Positions 51,675 through 63,719 are shown, numbered from the stretch's first letter. The stretch: 64,000 nucleotides of DNA from Gammaproteobacteria bacterium (GCA_026984775.1 JALSRM010000026.1:2456-66455), one strand, 5' to 3'. Notes: generated from the letters alone by a model not told the origin. Numbers and translations: made by a program.

Positions 51675-51753
51675 TCGCAGATACGTTTAATAGCTCCTGA
51701 TACAACGGCGTGGCTTTTGCATGGTACGCAGAAGTTCCTTGCATTAAATAGTC

Positions 51754-52566
51754 ATGATCCGAACGAATTTCAAGACCATCCGCATTTTGTTTTTGTTGAT
51801 TGTGCTGGCAATTGTAGCACTCTATACCTGCGAACAACGGCGTGCCTCGAGATCCTGGTTCAAAACCCTGGAAATTACAATCTATCCGATCAATGTAGAA
51901 AACAGTCCGTCTGTTGAGGCATATATTCGCTCATTGAAAACGGAGAACTTCGCCATGATCGACCGATTCATGGCGCGGGAGGCAAAAAAATATGGACTGA
52001 TCCTGAGCAGACCAACCAAAACAGTGCTGGGGCCGGAAATCAGAGTACTCCCTCCGCCCGCACCTAAAGGCAGCGCCGGGATCCTGGCCAATATTGTTTG
52101 GAGTATAAAATTTCGGTACTGGGCCTGGAAGAACACACCGGACAACAAATCCAACCTGCGGCGTACGCGGATGTTTGTCCTCTATCATGAGGCAAGGGAC
52201 AATCGTCGGCTGGCACATTCCTATGGCTTGAACAAGGGGCTACTGGGTTATGTCAACGCCTTCGGTGCCCAACAACAGCAAGGGCAGAACAATATTGTTA
52301 TTGCTCACGAATTCCTGCATACGGTCGGTGCTCTGGACAAATATGATCCGAACGGGAATCCAATTTATCCACGAGGTTATGCTGCACCAGATCAGCCGCA
52401 GCTCTATCCCCAGAAAAAAGCAGAAATCATGGCTGGACGGATCCCGGTTTCGGAAACCGAATCACGCATGCCCCGCAGCCTCAAAAATTGCGTGATCGGT
52501 AAGGAAACTGCACTGGAGATCCACTGGTTGAATCCGGATCAGTATCGAACAATGAAACAGGGATAA
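51754..52566 (+). CDS. membrane-anchored hypothetical protein with HExxH zinc-peptidase-like motif
   Basis: N-terminal TM (ILFLLIVLAIVALY); central IVIAHEFLHTVGALDKYD. No family assignable by eye. Confidence 0.5.
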   Translation: MIRTNFKTIRILFLLIVLAIVALYTCEQRRASRSWFKTLEITIYPINVENSPSVEAYIRSLKTENFAMIDRFMAREAKKYGLILSRPTKTVLGPEIRVLPPPAPKGSAGILANIVWSIKFRYWAWKNTPDNKSNLRRTRMFVLYHEARDNRRLAHSYGLNKGLLGYVNAFGAQQQQGQNNIVIAHEFLHTVGALDKYDPNGNPIYPRGYAAPDQPQLYPQKKAEIMAGRIPVSETESRMPRSLKNCVIGKETALEIHWLNPDQYRTMKQG

Positions 52567-52571
52567 CCGCA

Positions 52572-53240
52572 TCAAGCCGATGGTTGTCCTTCACTGTTCC
52601 CCTCAGCTCCCGTCTCTTTTCCACTCTGCTCTTCATCTTCCTGATCTGCCTCCTCTTTTTTACCTTCGATAACCTGAAATGGTTCGTCGAAGAGGTCGGT
52701 TGCAATATCATCCAGATTACGGAGTTCTGCCAGCGTCGGCAACTCGGACAGGGATTTTAGATTGAAATAGTCAAGAAACTTGCGCGTCGTGGCATAGACA
52801 GCAGGGCGGCCAGGAACATCACGATGACCCGCCACCTTGATCCATTCCCGCTCCATTAATGTCCTGATTACGTTACTGCTCACGCTGACACCACGGATTG
52901 ACTCGATCTCTCCTCGGGTGATGGGCTGACGGTAGGCTACGATCGCCAGTGTTTCCAGCAAAGCACGCGTGTATCGCGGGGGGCGCTCAGTCCAGAGACG
53001 GTTGACCCATTTGGCAACCGACTGCCGCGCCTGGATACGGTAGCCGCTGGCCACCTGCTTCAACTCGATACCACGCTCTGCATAGTCCTCCTCCAGACTT
53101 GCCAAGGCATCACGGATCACCTGCCGTTCCGGAGGTTCGCCTCCATCTTCCTTAAACAGAGCGATCAGGCGATCGATACTCAACGGTTCATCGGCAACCA
53201 TGATGGCGGCCTCAATGATATTCTTGATCGGCTCACTCAT
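52572..53240 (-). CDS. scpB: segregation and condensation protein B
   Basis: IIEAAIMVADEPLSIDRL...TRGEIESIRGV winged-helix ScpB signature; acidic tail. Confidence 0.85.
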   Translation of the reverse strand: MSEPIKNIIEAAIMVADEPLSIDRLIALFKEDGGEPPERQVIRDALASLEEDYAERGIELKQVASGYRIQARQSVAKWVNRLWTERPPRYTRALLETLAIVAYRQPITRGEIESIRGVSVSSNVIRTLMEREWIKVAGHRDVPGRPAVYATTRKFLDYFNLKSLSELPTLAELRNLDDIATDLFDEPFQVIEGKKEEADQEDEEQSGKETGAEGNSEGQPSA

Positions 53241-54079
53241 GCGGCTGCTCTCAGATAGATGGCGCCACCGGGTTCGTTCTGGACCATTTCGATCAGTGTT
53301 TCTTTCATCAGTTCGAGAATAGCCAACAACGAGACGACCACACCGGCCCTGCCCTCTTCCGGTTTGAACAAACGGCTGAATTCAATAAACTCATCACTTT
53401 TGATGAGTTCCAGCACAATACTCATCCGCTCACGAACCGATAACGGTTCTCGCTCGATTTGGTGGCTGGTGTAGAGCTCGACACGGGTCATCACATCCCG
53501 AAACGCCTTGAGAATGGCATCGAGAGAAACTTCAGGTTCTGGCCGATCTTGATTCTTCCAGGGAAAGTCCACGACCACTGTTCTGATCTCTCGCTCCAAA
53601 CGGGGCAGTTCATCGATCTCTTCTGCGGCCTTTTTATAGCGTTCGTATTCTTGCAGGCGACGCACCAGTTCAGCTCTTGGATCTTCTTCCTCTTCTTCCA
53701 TCTCCTGGGGACGCGGCAACAACATGCGGGATTTGATTTCAGCAAGCATGGCGGCCATGACCAGATATTCTGCCGCCAGTTCGAATTTCATCTCTGTCAT
53801 CATCTCGATATAGGTCATATACTGATTGGTGATCCGGGCGATGGGAATATCCAGAATATCCAGGTTCTGCTTCTTGATCAGATAGAGAAGAAGATCGAGA
53901 GGACCCTCGAAGGCTTCGAGAAAGACTTCCAGAGCCTCCGGCGGGATGTACAGATCCTTGGGTGGTGTGGTGATCGGCTGACCCTGAACGATGGCAAAGG
54001 GCATCTCGGCCTGTACCGGTCGCGGATTCGGTTCCGCCGGTGAATCGGTCTCGATTGACGGAGTGACTTCCTTATTCAT
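53237..54079 (-). CDS. scpA: segregation and condensation protein A
   Basis: FEGPLDLLLYLIKKQNLDILDIPIARIT kleisin N-terminus; 4-bp overlap with scpB. Confidence 0.85.
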   Translation of the reverse strand: MNKEVTPSIETDSPAEPNPRPVQAEMPFAIVQGQPITTPPKDLYIPPEALEVFLEAFEGPLDLLLYLIKKQNLDILDIPIARITNQYMTYIEMMTEMKFELAAEYLVMAAMLAEIKSRMLLPRPQEMEEEEEDPRAELVRRLQEYERYKKAAEEIDELPRLEREIRTVVVDFPWKNQDRPEPEVSLDAILKAFRDVMTRVELYTSHQIEREPLSVRERMSIVLELIKSDEFIEFSRLFKPEEGRAGVVVSLLAILELMKETLIEMVQNEPGGAIYLRAAA

Positions 54080-55291
54080 CTATTTGTATACCAGTCCCAT
54101 GGCCTGTCGAACTTCGTCCATTGTATCACGTGCTTCTTCCCGTGCTTTCTCGCAGCCTTCATGAATGATATTTTTGACCACATCGGGATTTTCCAGATAT
54201 TCATCAGCGCGCTGATGAATCGGTTCCTGCTCTTTCAGGATCGCATCGATCAATGGTTGCTTGCAATCAAGACAACCGATACCTGCCGAACGACAGCCTT
54301 CACTGGCCCATGTTTTTACCTCGTCAGAGGAATAGACTTCGTGCAGCTGCCAGACAGGACATTTGTTCGGATCGCCCGGATCGGTCCGTTTCACCCGTGC
54401 AGGGTCCGTTGGCATGGTACGGATCTTCTGGGTCACGGACTCCGGATGTTCACGCAAACTGATGGTATTGCCATAGGATTTGGACATCTTCTGGCCATCC
54501 AACCCCGGCATTTTTGGTTGCGGAGTGAGCAACGCCTCGGGTTCTGGCAGAATCACCTTTCCTCCACCTTCCAAGTAACCGGATAAGCGCTCCTTGTCGC
54601 CAATGCTGATGTTTTGCTGAGCCTCCAACAGTGCCCGCGCTTTTTCCAGCGACTCGTGATCGCCCTGTTCCTGATATTGACGGCGCAGATCAAAATAGAG
54701 CCGGGCATTTTTCTTGCCCATTTTCTTCGCGGCGGCCTCGGCCTTTTCTTCGAATCCCTCTTCCTTTCCATAGAGATGATTGAATCGGCGTGCGACCTCA
54801 CGAGTCAGTTCCACATGCACAACCTGATCTTCACCCACCGGCACCATACCTGCCCGATACATGAGAATATCCGCTGATTGCAACAAGGGATAACCAAGGA
54901 ATCCATACGTTGCGAGATCTTTCTCTTTCAATTTCTCCTGCTGATCCTTATAGGTGGGGACCCTTTCCAGCCAACCCAGCGGAGTACACATGGAGAGCAG
55001 CAGATGTAACTCGGCATGTTCTGGAACCCGTGACTGGATGAACAAGGTGGCCTCACCTGGATTGACACCGGCAGCTAACCAGTCGATGACCATATCCCAT
55101 ACACTCTCAGCGATGATACTGGTATCTTCATAGGCCGTTGTCAGGGCATGCCAATCTGCGACAAAGAAGAAACATTCATACTGGTGCTGAAGTTCGATCC
55201 AGTTTTTGAGAACTCCGTGATAATGCCCCAGATGCAACTGGCCAGTCGGGCGCATGCCAGAAAGGACACGCTGGTTTGGATTAATGCTCAA
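54080..55291 (-). CDS. trpS: tryptophan--tRNA ligase with a C-x21-C-x6-C-x2-C insertion
   Basis: SGMRPTGQLHLGHYHGVL (HIGH) and KMSKSYGN (KMSKS); 403 aa with a Cys cluster CPVWQ…EGCRSAGIGCLDC. Confidence 0.9.
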   Translation of the reverse strand: MSINPNQRVLSGMRPTGQLHLGHYHGVLKNWIELQHQYECFFFVADWHALTTAYEDTSIIAESVWDMVIDWLAAGVNPGEATLFIQSRVPEHAELHLLLSMCTPLGWLERVPTYKDQQEKLKEKDLATYGFLGYPLLQSADILMYRAGMVPVGEDQVVHVELTREVARRFNHLYGKEEGFEEKAEAAAKKMGKKNARLYFDLRRQYQEQGDHESLEKARALLEAQQNISIGDKERLSGYLEGGGKVILPEPEALLTPQPKMPGLDGQKMSKSYGNTISLREHPESVTQKIRTMPTDPARVKRTDPGDPNKCPVWQLHEVYSSDEVKTWASEGCRSAGIGCLDCKQPLIDAILKEQEPIHQRADEYLENPDVVKNIIHEGCEKAREEARDTMDEVRQAMGLVYK

Positions 55292-55461
55292 GTATCAAGT
55301 CTCCCAAGTCAAATCATTCTCTGCATAAAACGGCTGCTGACATCACCGGTCAAAACTGTTGCGGGACACCGGAAAGAGCCTACAAAAGACATAAGTTTAC
55401 CTTGTGCTTTGATTGCCTCTCCAGGGGCAACGGTAACCGCCGACATAGTAATTAACTGCCT

Positions 55462-56148
55462 CTAAGTGAACAAGATATAAACGATATTCAAAATATTTAT
55501 TCCTACAAAGCTGGAAAACAGCCCCATCACCAAATCGATCGCCGGCATCAGGATTTTACCAAGGATACCGAGAAACAGTAATGCCAGCAGGATCAGTAAA
55601 CCATAGGGCTCTATCTTGCTGAATTTCATATCCAGCGGTGCGGGCAACCATGAGGTAAGAACACGGCTGCCATCCAGTGGCGGCAGTGGTAACAGGTTGA
55701 GTACCATCAAAATGCAATTGATGTAGACACCTACCGCCGACATATAAGCCAGAGGAATGGAAACCCATTGCACCGAACCCGGCATCACCAGAGCGATCTT
55801 GAGCAGCACTACCCATAGAACCATCATCACCAGATTGGCGCCCGGACCTGCCAGTGCCACTTTCGCCATGTCTTTTTTTGGATTCCGCAAGCGATTGAAC
55901 GCAACAGGAACAGGTTTTGCCCACCCGAAGATGAAACCCGTGGTGATCGCCATGAGAGTGGGTACCAGGATGGTACCCATAGGATCGATGTGCTTGATTG
56001 GATTGAGGCTCAAACGCCCCATCATCTCGGCCGTATGATCACCATAGACTCTGGCCATCCAGCCATGCGCGACTTCATGCAGTGTCACGGCAAGCAGGAT
56101 CGGTGGCACGCAAACAATAATTTTCTGGATCAGGGAGAGTTCTGTCAT
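55462..56148 (-). CDS. site-2 protease family (peptidase M50) membrane metalloprotease
   Basis: TLHEVAHGWMA HExxH within a TM helix, plus downstream LDG motif. Confidence 0.8.
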   Translation of the reverse strand: MTELSLIQKIIVCVPPILLAVTLHEVAHGWMARVYGDHTAEMMGRLSLNPIKHIDPMGTILVPTLMAITTGFIFGWAKPVPVAFNRLRNPKKDMAKVALAGPGANLVMMVLWVVLLKIALVMPGSVQWVSIPLAYMSAVGVYINCILMVLNLLPLPPLDGSRVLTSWLPAPLDMKFSKIEPYGLLILLALLFLGILGKILMPAIDLVMGLFSSFVGINILNIVYILFT

Positions 56149-56304
56149 ATTATGTGGAATCGGATAAGCAGAAAGATCTGGGACATTGTTTCACATACCC
56201 GTGTGATCTTTTATTGACAGCCGGTACATGCACTACACTCAACGTACCTTGCATCGTTAAAAAATGGTTGTTGCAGACAGGTCTTTGCATCGTGTTGACC
56301 GTTC

Positions 56305-56970
56305 TCAGTCCTCGAATTGGCTGACATCACCCCGTCCACGTCGCCTAATGACAGGGAAATCACCCATCAGTTCGATCACGGAAGTAGGCTCCAGTTCACA
56401 GGCTCCAGAATCAATGATCAGATCAACCTGTTTTTCCAACCGCTCCTGTATCTCGTCAGGATCACTCAGCGGCAGATCGTCGCCTGGCAACTGCAGGGTA
56501 GAACTCATGATTGGTTCACCTAGGGCCTCCAGCAGCGCCTGCGCCACAGGATGGTCCGGGATCCGCAGACCGATGGTTTTTCGTTTCGGGTTTTGCAACC
56601 TGCGGGGAACCTCGCGCGTCGCCTTGAGAATAAAGGTATAGGGTCCCGGAGTCAGGGATCTGATGATCTTGTAAGCACTGTTGTCGACTTTGGCGTACAG
56701 GGAAATCTCTGACAGATCCCGACACACCAGTGTAAAGTCATGCTCCTCTCCGAGTCTGCGGATTTTACGGATCCGATCCTGCGCGGCCTTGTCACCGATG
56801 TGACAACCAATGGCGTAACAGGAATCAGTTGGATAGACCACTACCCCACCCTTGCGCATGACAGCAACCACCTGATTGATCAGACGCGACTGAGGATTTT
56901 GTGGATGAATATGTAAAGTCTGTCCCATATTGTTATGATTATATCCATTAACAGATGTTTGGGGAGTCAA
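56305..56970 (-). CDS. yciO: YciO-type Sua5/YrdC/YciO-family protein
   Basis: HPQNPQSRLINQVVAVMRKGGVVVYPTDSCYAIGC...TFILKATREVPRRL...KRKTIG closely parallels E. coli YciO. Confidence 0.8.
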   Translation of the reverse strand: MTPQTSVNGYNHNNMGQTLHIHPQNPQSRLINQVVAVMRKGGVVVYPTDSCYAIGCHIGDKAAQDRIRKIRRLGEEHDFTLVCRDLSEISLYAKVDNSAYKIIRSLTPGPYTFILKATREVPRRLQNPKRKTIGLRIPDHPVAQALLEALGEPIMSSTLQLPGDDLPLSDPDEIQERLEKQVDLIIDSGACELEPTSVIELMGDFPVIRRRGRGDVSQFED

Positions 56971-57014
56971 TTTAAGCTAGAATCCAGCCTGTTAACAGTT
57001 TAACTTTATATTGA

Positions 57015-57593
57015 ATGAAATTCCTGTTTGATTTTTTACCCATTCTCCTGTTTTTCATCGCTTTCAAGATACCGGAGGATCCCAAAGAAGGGATCATGCT
57101 CGCCACTTCCGTGGCGATCGTTGTTTCTATTGTTCAGGTGGCATGGTCATGGTTCCGGCATCATAAGGTAGAAAAAATGCATCTCATCACCATGGGGCTG
57201 ATCGTGATCCTTGGAGGTGCTACCCTGTTGTTTCAGGATGAGCGGTTCATTAAATGGAAACCCACGGTGGTCAACTGGCTGTTTGCCATAGTTTTTCTCG
57301 GCAGTCAGTACATTGGCAGTAAAAATATCATCAAACGAATGATGGATGAGCAAGTCGTTCTGCCCGAACCAGTCTGGGCGAAACTGAACCTTGCCTGGGC
57401 ACTGTTTTTCTTTGCCACGGGTTGTGCAAATCTGTTTGTCGCCTATCACTTCGAGACTGAAACCTGGGTCAATTTCAAACTGTTCGGTATTTTGGGTCTG
57501 ACGATCCTGTTCGTCATTGCCCAGGCCATTTATCTGTCACGCTATATTGAAGAACCTGAGCCAATCGTAAAAGAAGAAACAAACGAGGAATAG
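57015..57593 (+). CDS. yciB: inner-membrane septation-associated protein YciB (IspZ)
   Basis: [20 protein letters not shown]-terminus and five TM helices, typical YciB. Confidence 0.8.
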   Translation: MKFLFDFLPILLFFIAFKIPEDPKEGIMLATSVAIVVSIVQVAWSWFRHHKVEKMHLITMGLIVILGGATLLFQDERFIKWKPTVVNWLFAIVFLGSQYIGSKNIIKRMMDEQVVLPEPVWAKLNLAWALFFFATGCANLFVAYHFETETWVNFKLFGILGLTILFVIAQAIYLSRYIEEPEPIVKEETNEE

Positions 57594-57598
57594 AAGAA

Positions 57599-57898
57599 AT
57601 GTACTACGCGATCATGAGTGAAGACGTTGAAAACAGTCTGGAATTACGCATGAAAACACGCCCCAAACATATTGAGCGACTGAAGAAACTCAATGAAGAG
57701 GGACGTGTATTGCTGGTGGGCCCCCATCCAGCGATCGACAGTGAAGACCCAGGAGAGGCCGGTTTCACTGGCAGCCTGATCGTAGCAGAGTTCGATTCGC
57801 TGGAAGAGGCCAAGGCCTGGGCGGATGCCGATCCTTATCTTGAAGCAGGTGTCTATCAGAAGGTGGTCGTCAAACCTTTCAAAAAGGTGGATCTATAA
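57599..57898 (+). CDS. yciI: YciI-like protein
   Basis: 99 aa, Dabb-like fold pattern (MYYAIMSED...GRVLLVGP), follows yciB as in enterobacteria. Confidence 0.7.
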   Translation: MYYAIMSEDVENSLELRMKTRPKHIERLKKLNEEGRVLLVGPHPAIDSEDPGEAGFTGSLIVAEFDSLEEAKAWADADPYLEAGVYQKVVVKPFKKVDL

Positions 57899-57902
57899 CT
57901 CC

Positions 57903-58171
57903 ATGAGTGAACGGATAGATGCGATTCGCGATATACTGAACAAGGCACTGTCTCCTGATCGGTTGGAGATTAGCGACGAAAGCCACTTGCACGCAGGACA
58001 TGCCGGTGCCAAGAGCGGAAAGGGTCACTTTGCTGTCCTGATCGTCTCTGATCAGTTCGCAGGAAAGTCACTCATTCAGCGACACAGAATGGTTTATGAC
58101 GCACTTTCTGATCTGCTGGAGACCGATATCCATGCCCTCAGCCTTCAGGCGAAGACGCCTGATGAGATGAA

Positions 58172-58175
<4 letters not shown>
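57903..58175 (+). CDS. bolA: BolA-family transcriptional regulator
   Basis: LEISDESHLHAGHAG...HFAVLIVSDQFAGKSLIQRHRMVYDAL BolA signature; start at MSERID. Confidence 0.8.
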
Positions 58176-60128
<1,953 letters not shown>

Positions 60129-60249
60129 GAATCCAGTCCTCCCACAGCAATCCACCGGATCGACCCGCTTTCCAATCATCCGGGAATAGGCAGATATGGC
60201 TCATGCGAGTCGATTGGTGTGTTGATTGTCTCAATCCAAACCGTTGGGG

Positions 60250-61032
60250 TCATCGTGGCCTTGACGTTCTACCCGGGTTCTTGATCAACGTGTTTGTGAT
60301 CAAGGATACAAGCATCAATGCCCAGACGGTGATCGCACCAGTTGGCAGGTCAAACACGCTCGACGCTACGAATCCCAGCAGATAGCCCAACAGACCAATA
60401 CACCAGGCAGTGATCAGCCTGATTTTCTGATCAGGCAGCAGGCGAGTGGCAAGTGCGGGCAGGATCAGACTGGCGAAGACCAGATAAATACCCACGAGTT
60501 GTACCGATGTGGTCACCGCGAGCGAGAAGATCACATAAAAGCGCATGGAACGTCGTGACCGATTAAACCCAAACCAAAAAATCAAAAGCGGTATGTAGAG
60601 GACAACAGCCCAGAGCAGTTGGGTCTTCGTAACCCACAAGATTTGTCCTACCAATAAATCGCGGAGCAGCTCATTGCTGTGGGGTGAATAGCTGGCCAGA
60701 ATCAGCCCACCACTGGCGGCAAGGACAAATAACAGGCCGATCAACGCTTCCAGTATATGAGTGAAACGATCTTCCAGCCAGTGGATGAGCAGTGCGCCAC
60801 TGAGCGCACTTGCAGCCGCGCAGAGTTGGATCATCCAGCCAGCAAGGTTATCCCCTCCTAAGATAGTTGCCGCGATGACGCCCAAGGCGGCAATCTGGGC
60901 AATGGCAAGATCAATAAAAATAATGCCACGTTGCAACACTTCAATACCCAACGGAACATGGATGGAAAGCACCAAAAAACCTGCCAACAAGGCGGGCAGG
61001 ATCACGGACAACTCAAGATCCGATCCGATCAT
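60250..61032 (-). CDS. ABC-3 family metal (Zn/Mn) importer permease
   Basis: 260 aa, 7-8 TM, ZnuB/MntB-like pattern (DLAIAQIAALGVI); 4-bp overlap with the upstream binding-protein gene. Confidence 0.8.
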   Translation of the reverse strand: MIGSDLELSVILPALLAGFLVLSIHVPLGIEVLQRGIIFIDLAIAQIAALGVIAATILGGDNLAGWMIQLCAAASALSGALLIHWLEDRFTHILEALIGLLFVLAASGGLILASYSPHSNELLRDLLVGQILWVTKTQLLWAVVLYIPLLIFWFGFNRSRRSMRFYVIFSLAVTTSVQLVGIYLVFASLILPALATRLLPDQKIRLITAWCIGLLGYLLGFVASSVFDLPTGAITVWALMLVSLITNTLIKNPGRTSRPR

Positions 61033-61940
61033 GAATTGGCACCCAATAAACGCTTGATCGTGTTATCAAATAAGGAAAACAGATCCTTGCTTTCTTTATC
61101 ACCACCGACAGTAAATGGCAGTACGACTTCAGGCAGACCGGTTTTTTCGGCCAGCCAATCAGAAGCCCGTGAAGATTGATAAGCGGCCCGAATGACCATT
61201 TTCGCTGGCGACGTTTTCAAGAGATTGACCACATTCTGCAGGTCATCGATCCCGGGAGGCACCCCTGGCTTGGGCTCAAGAATTGCAACGGTTTTCATTC
61301 CCAACCATTGCGTCATATAGATCCAATTATCGTGCTGTACGACAATACCGATATTTTTTAATGGTGCGGCCTGCTGTTGCCAATGCTCGATTGCGGCTTG
61401 CCAGCTTTGATTGAAATCTTCCCACCGCTTTTTATAGTAATCGCTATTCTCCCTGTCCAGTGCTTGTAAACGCTGGGCAAGCGCTTCGGCAACCTTGAGT
61501 ATATTCAACGGGCTGGTTTGAATGTGCGGATTACCCGCTGCATGGATATGTCCCTGACTGCGATCCACAGTGACCGGAACTTCAGCCAGCTTGACATAAT
61601 CAGAGGCCATGAAGTAACCCTTTCCCCCAACTTGGATTGCCGAGTTACCCGACTTGCGCTGTAACAAGGGGAGCCAGCCTGACTCCAAACCGGCACCGGT
61701 ACAAACCAACACATCTGCTCTTCTTGCTTTGGCAATCAGGCTGGGACGTGCTTGGATATAGTGAGGATCTTGTAGACCCGAGGTGGCGGTATAGATCGTG
61801 AGTTTTTCACCCCCCAGCTCTTTGCTCAATGCAGCCCATTCAGGCTCACAGGCAAACAGTCTCAGCTCCGCCATAGCCGGGAGACTCAACAACAGCATGG
61901 TCAGTGTCAAAATGCATTTTTTCATTTTCTTATTCCTCAA
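61029..61940 (-). CDS. periplasmic metal-binding protein of ABC importer (TroA/ZnuA-like, cluster 9)
   Basis: Signal peptide; LFACEPEWAALSKELGG…DPHYIQARPS…HDNWIYMTQW family pattern. Confidence 0.7.
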   Translation of the reverse strand: MRNKKMKKCILTLTMLLLSLPAMAELRLFACEPEWAALSKELGGEKLTIYTATSGLQDPHYIQARPSLIAKARRADVLVCTGAGLESGWLPLLQRKSGNSAIQVGGKGYFMASDYVKLAEVPVTVDRSQGHIHAAGNPHIQTSPLNILKVAEALAQRLQALDRENSDYYKKRWEDFNQSWQAAIEHWQQQAAPLKNIGIVVQHDNWIYMTQWLGMKTVAILEPKPGVPPGIDDLQNVVNLLKTSPAKMVIRAAYQSSRASDWLAEKTGLPEVVLPFTVGGDKESKDLFSLFDNTIKRLLGANS

Positions 61941-63299
61941 TTAATAGGCATGTGCGCCATGGGAACCGAGACTGACGGTATATTGCAGAAAGAGTTCTGT
62001 GTTACTGAGATGAGAAGATTTGTCCTCATTGAGTTGTAAGCGCAGACGACTGAACTCACTCGGTAACCATTCCAGCATCAGACTGTAACGCTGTGGATGA
62101 AATTCTGAAAAATCCAGTGCGGCATTTCTGAGCAACTGCAGATCGGTCGCGTGATGTCGGCTACCCAACCAATCATAGCGAAACCCGGTTCGCCAGCGTG
62201 GTGAAAACTGATAGATCCCTTCAATCGTGCTTCCATATTGCTTTCCATCATAAGCACTTGACCGATTTCCTTCATCCAGTGTGCCGCTTTCATGCTGATA
62301 AAAATATTCATTTTGCAAGGTAAAACTGTGATCACGAATATTGCCATTGGCCGCCCACTTGTAAACCAGTGAGAGACTGGTAATATCGCTGCTCCCATTG
62401 AAAACCACATCGCCTGAATTTCCAAAAGATCTGTCCTCAGGGTTGGCCCGCCAGTGAGCAAGGCCGAGCTGCCAACTGTCTTCGATACCGATATCTCCAC
62501 CGGCTCTGGCATAAAGCAACCAATCACCTATTCCACTGTGCTCACCACTGCCTGGATAATGGCTTCCACTGCCCACTGTCGCACCCACTTCAAACAATAT
62601 ATCGGTAGGCAGAAGATAGGAGATTTTGAGGCCATCATTGATCAATTGATCACCAAACAAGCCTCGATAAATCAGTGGCGCATCAGAAAAGTTCCATGTA
62701 TGAACATGCTTTTCGTTCAGGTAACCGATTGGTGAATAAAACCGCCCCGCACGCACAGTGACACCATTGTTCAGACCGATTGTTTCGATAAATGCCTCTT
62801 CGATATTGACCTCGGTGATGCCACCTTCATCCGCCAATGCCATGGTCACCTGCCCAAAAAACAGAGGATCGATGCTGGCACTCAAGGTCATTTCACTTTC
62901 ACCCAAAGAGAACCCTTCCCTGGCGAGCCCGCCTTCACCCTGGAGAGCAAATCCACTGAGGGTATACTCACTTGCAGGGCGGGTGTAATGGTTATACTGA
63001 CCATTCAGGATCAGACTTATGGCCGGGTTAAAACTGTTTGTAGTCTTTGTGACCGGTGCAGGTATCGTCCCGACCGTTGCCGTTTCAGCAGGTACTTCCC
63101 TGGTCGCGGCTTCCATCTCTGCCAAACGATCTTCAAGTTCTTTGATACGTTGTTCATATTCATTCCGCAAATTTTCAATTTCAGCTTTTAATGCACTGAG
63201 TTCTTCCGTACAAAATGCTGATACGGGCGCGAATAACACGGCAATCATCAGAACGAATATATGCTTCGTTTTTATCATATTTCCCCCATTGACGATCAC
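61941..63299 (-). CDS. outer-membrane beta-barrel protein with N-terminal coiled-coil, co-operonic with the metal ABC genes
   Basis: Signal peptide (HIFVLMIAVLFAPVSAFC), about 40 aa heptad segment (ELSALKAEIENLRNEYEQRIKELEDRLAEME), then alternating-hydrophobic barrel strands ending in an aromatic residue (…GAHAY). Confidence 0.55.
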   Translation of the reverse strand: MIVNGGNMIKTKHIFVLMIAVLFAPVSAFCTEELSALKAEIENLRNEYEQRIKELEDRLAEMEAATREVPAETATVGTIPAPVTKTTNSFNPAISLILNGQYNHYTRPASEYTLSGFALQGEGGLAREGFSLGESEMTLSASIDPLFFGQVTMALADEGGITEVNIEEAFIETIGLNNGVTVRAGRFYSPIGYLNEKHVHTWNFSDAPLIYRGLFGDQLINDGLKISYLLPTDILFEVGATVGSGSHYPGSGEHSGIGDWLLYARAGGDIGIEDSWQLGLAHWRANPEDRSFGNSGDVVFNGSSDITSLSLVYKWAANGNIRDHSFTLQNEYFYQHESGTLDEGNRSSAYDGKQYGSTIEGIYQFSPRWRTGFRYDWLGSRHHATDLQLLRNAALDFSEFHPQRYSLMLEWLPSEFSRLRLQLNEDKSSHLSNTELFLQYTVSLGSHGAHAY

Positions 63300-63419
63300 A
63301 GTCCCGCATGAGGCTTCGAGCGAATAACATGATCAAACAGCCCAAACGGCACTGCGGTTGAGAATGTGTGCGGATTCCATTGCATCCGTCATGACACAAT
63401 CTTTCCGCTTTGGTTTGGA

Positions 63420-63719
63420 TCAGCGTCTCTGGAATGAAGGTGGGGCACGAATGGCCCGGTTTTCATAATGGGGTTGCGATAAAACAGGCCGGAAACCTGT
63501 GGACAGGAGCAAGATCAAGAACGTTGTGAAGAGTAAAAGAGCAGGGGGTGTGCTCAACCCAGAAACCGGAGTATGGCTGACGGCTTGATAGTGTTCACAC
63601 TGCAAAGTCGCGGGGTGGAAAGGGTGAACAACATCATGCCAGACAGTCAACGTCTGCAACGACAGAATAATGACTGCCAGCAAATACTGAACTTTCCTTT
63701 GAAGTATCTTGATCGTCAA
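63420..63719 (-). CDS. small His/Cys-containing membrane protein (DUF2946-like?), hypothetical
   Basis: 99 aa ORF with an N-terminal TM and HxxxH/CEH motifs upstream of the metal-uptake operon. Weak call. Confidence 0.3.
   Translation of the reverse strand: MTIKILQRKVQYLLAVIILSLQTLTVWHDVVHPFHPATLQCEHYQAVSHTPVSGLSTPPALLLFTTFLILLLSTGFRPVLSQPHYENRAIRAPPSFQRR

Noticed and set aside
51271-51837. 188-aa minus-strand ORF overlapping the channel-like gene in another frame
   Set aside because: Cys/Tyr-rich low-complexity translation without features; the alternative frame 51189..51674 has a pore-loop motif and TM helices.
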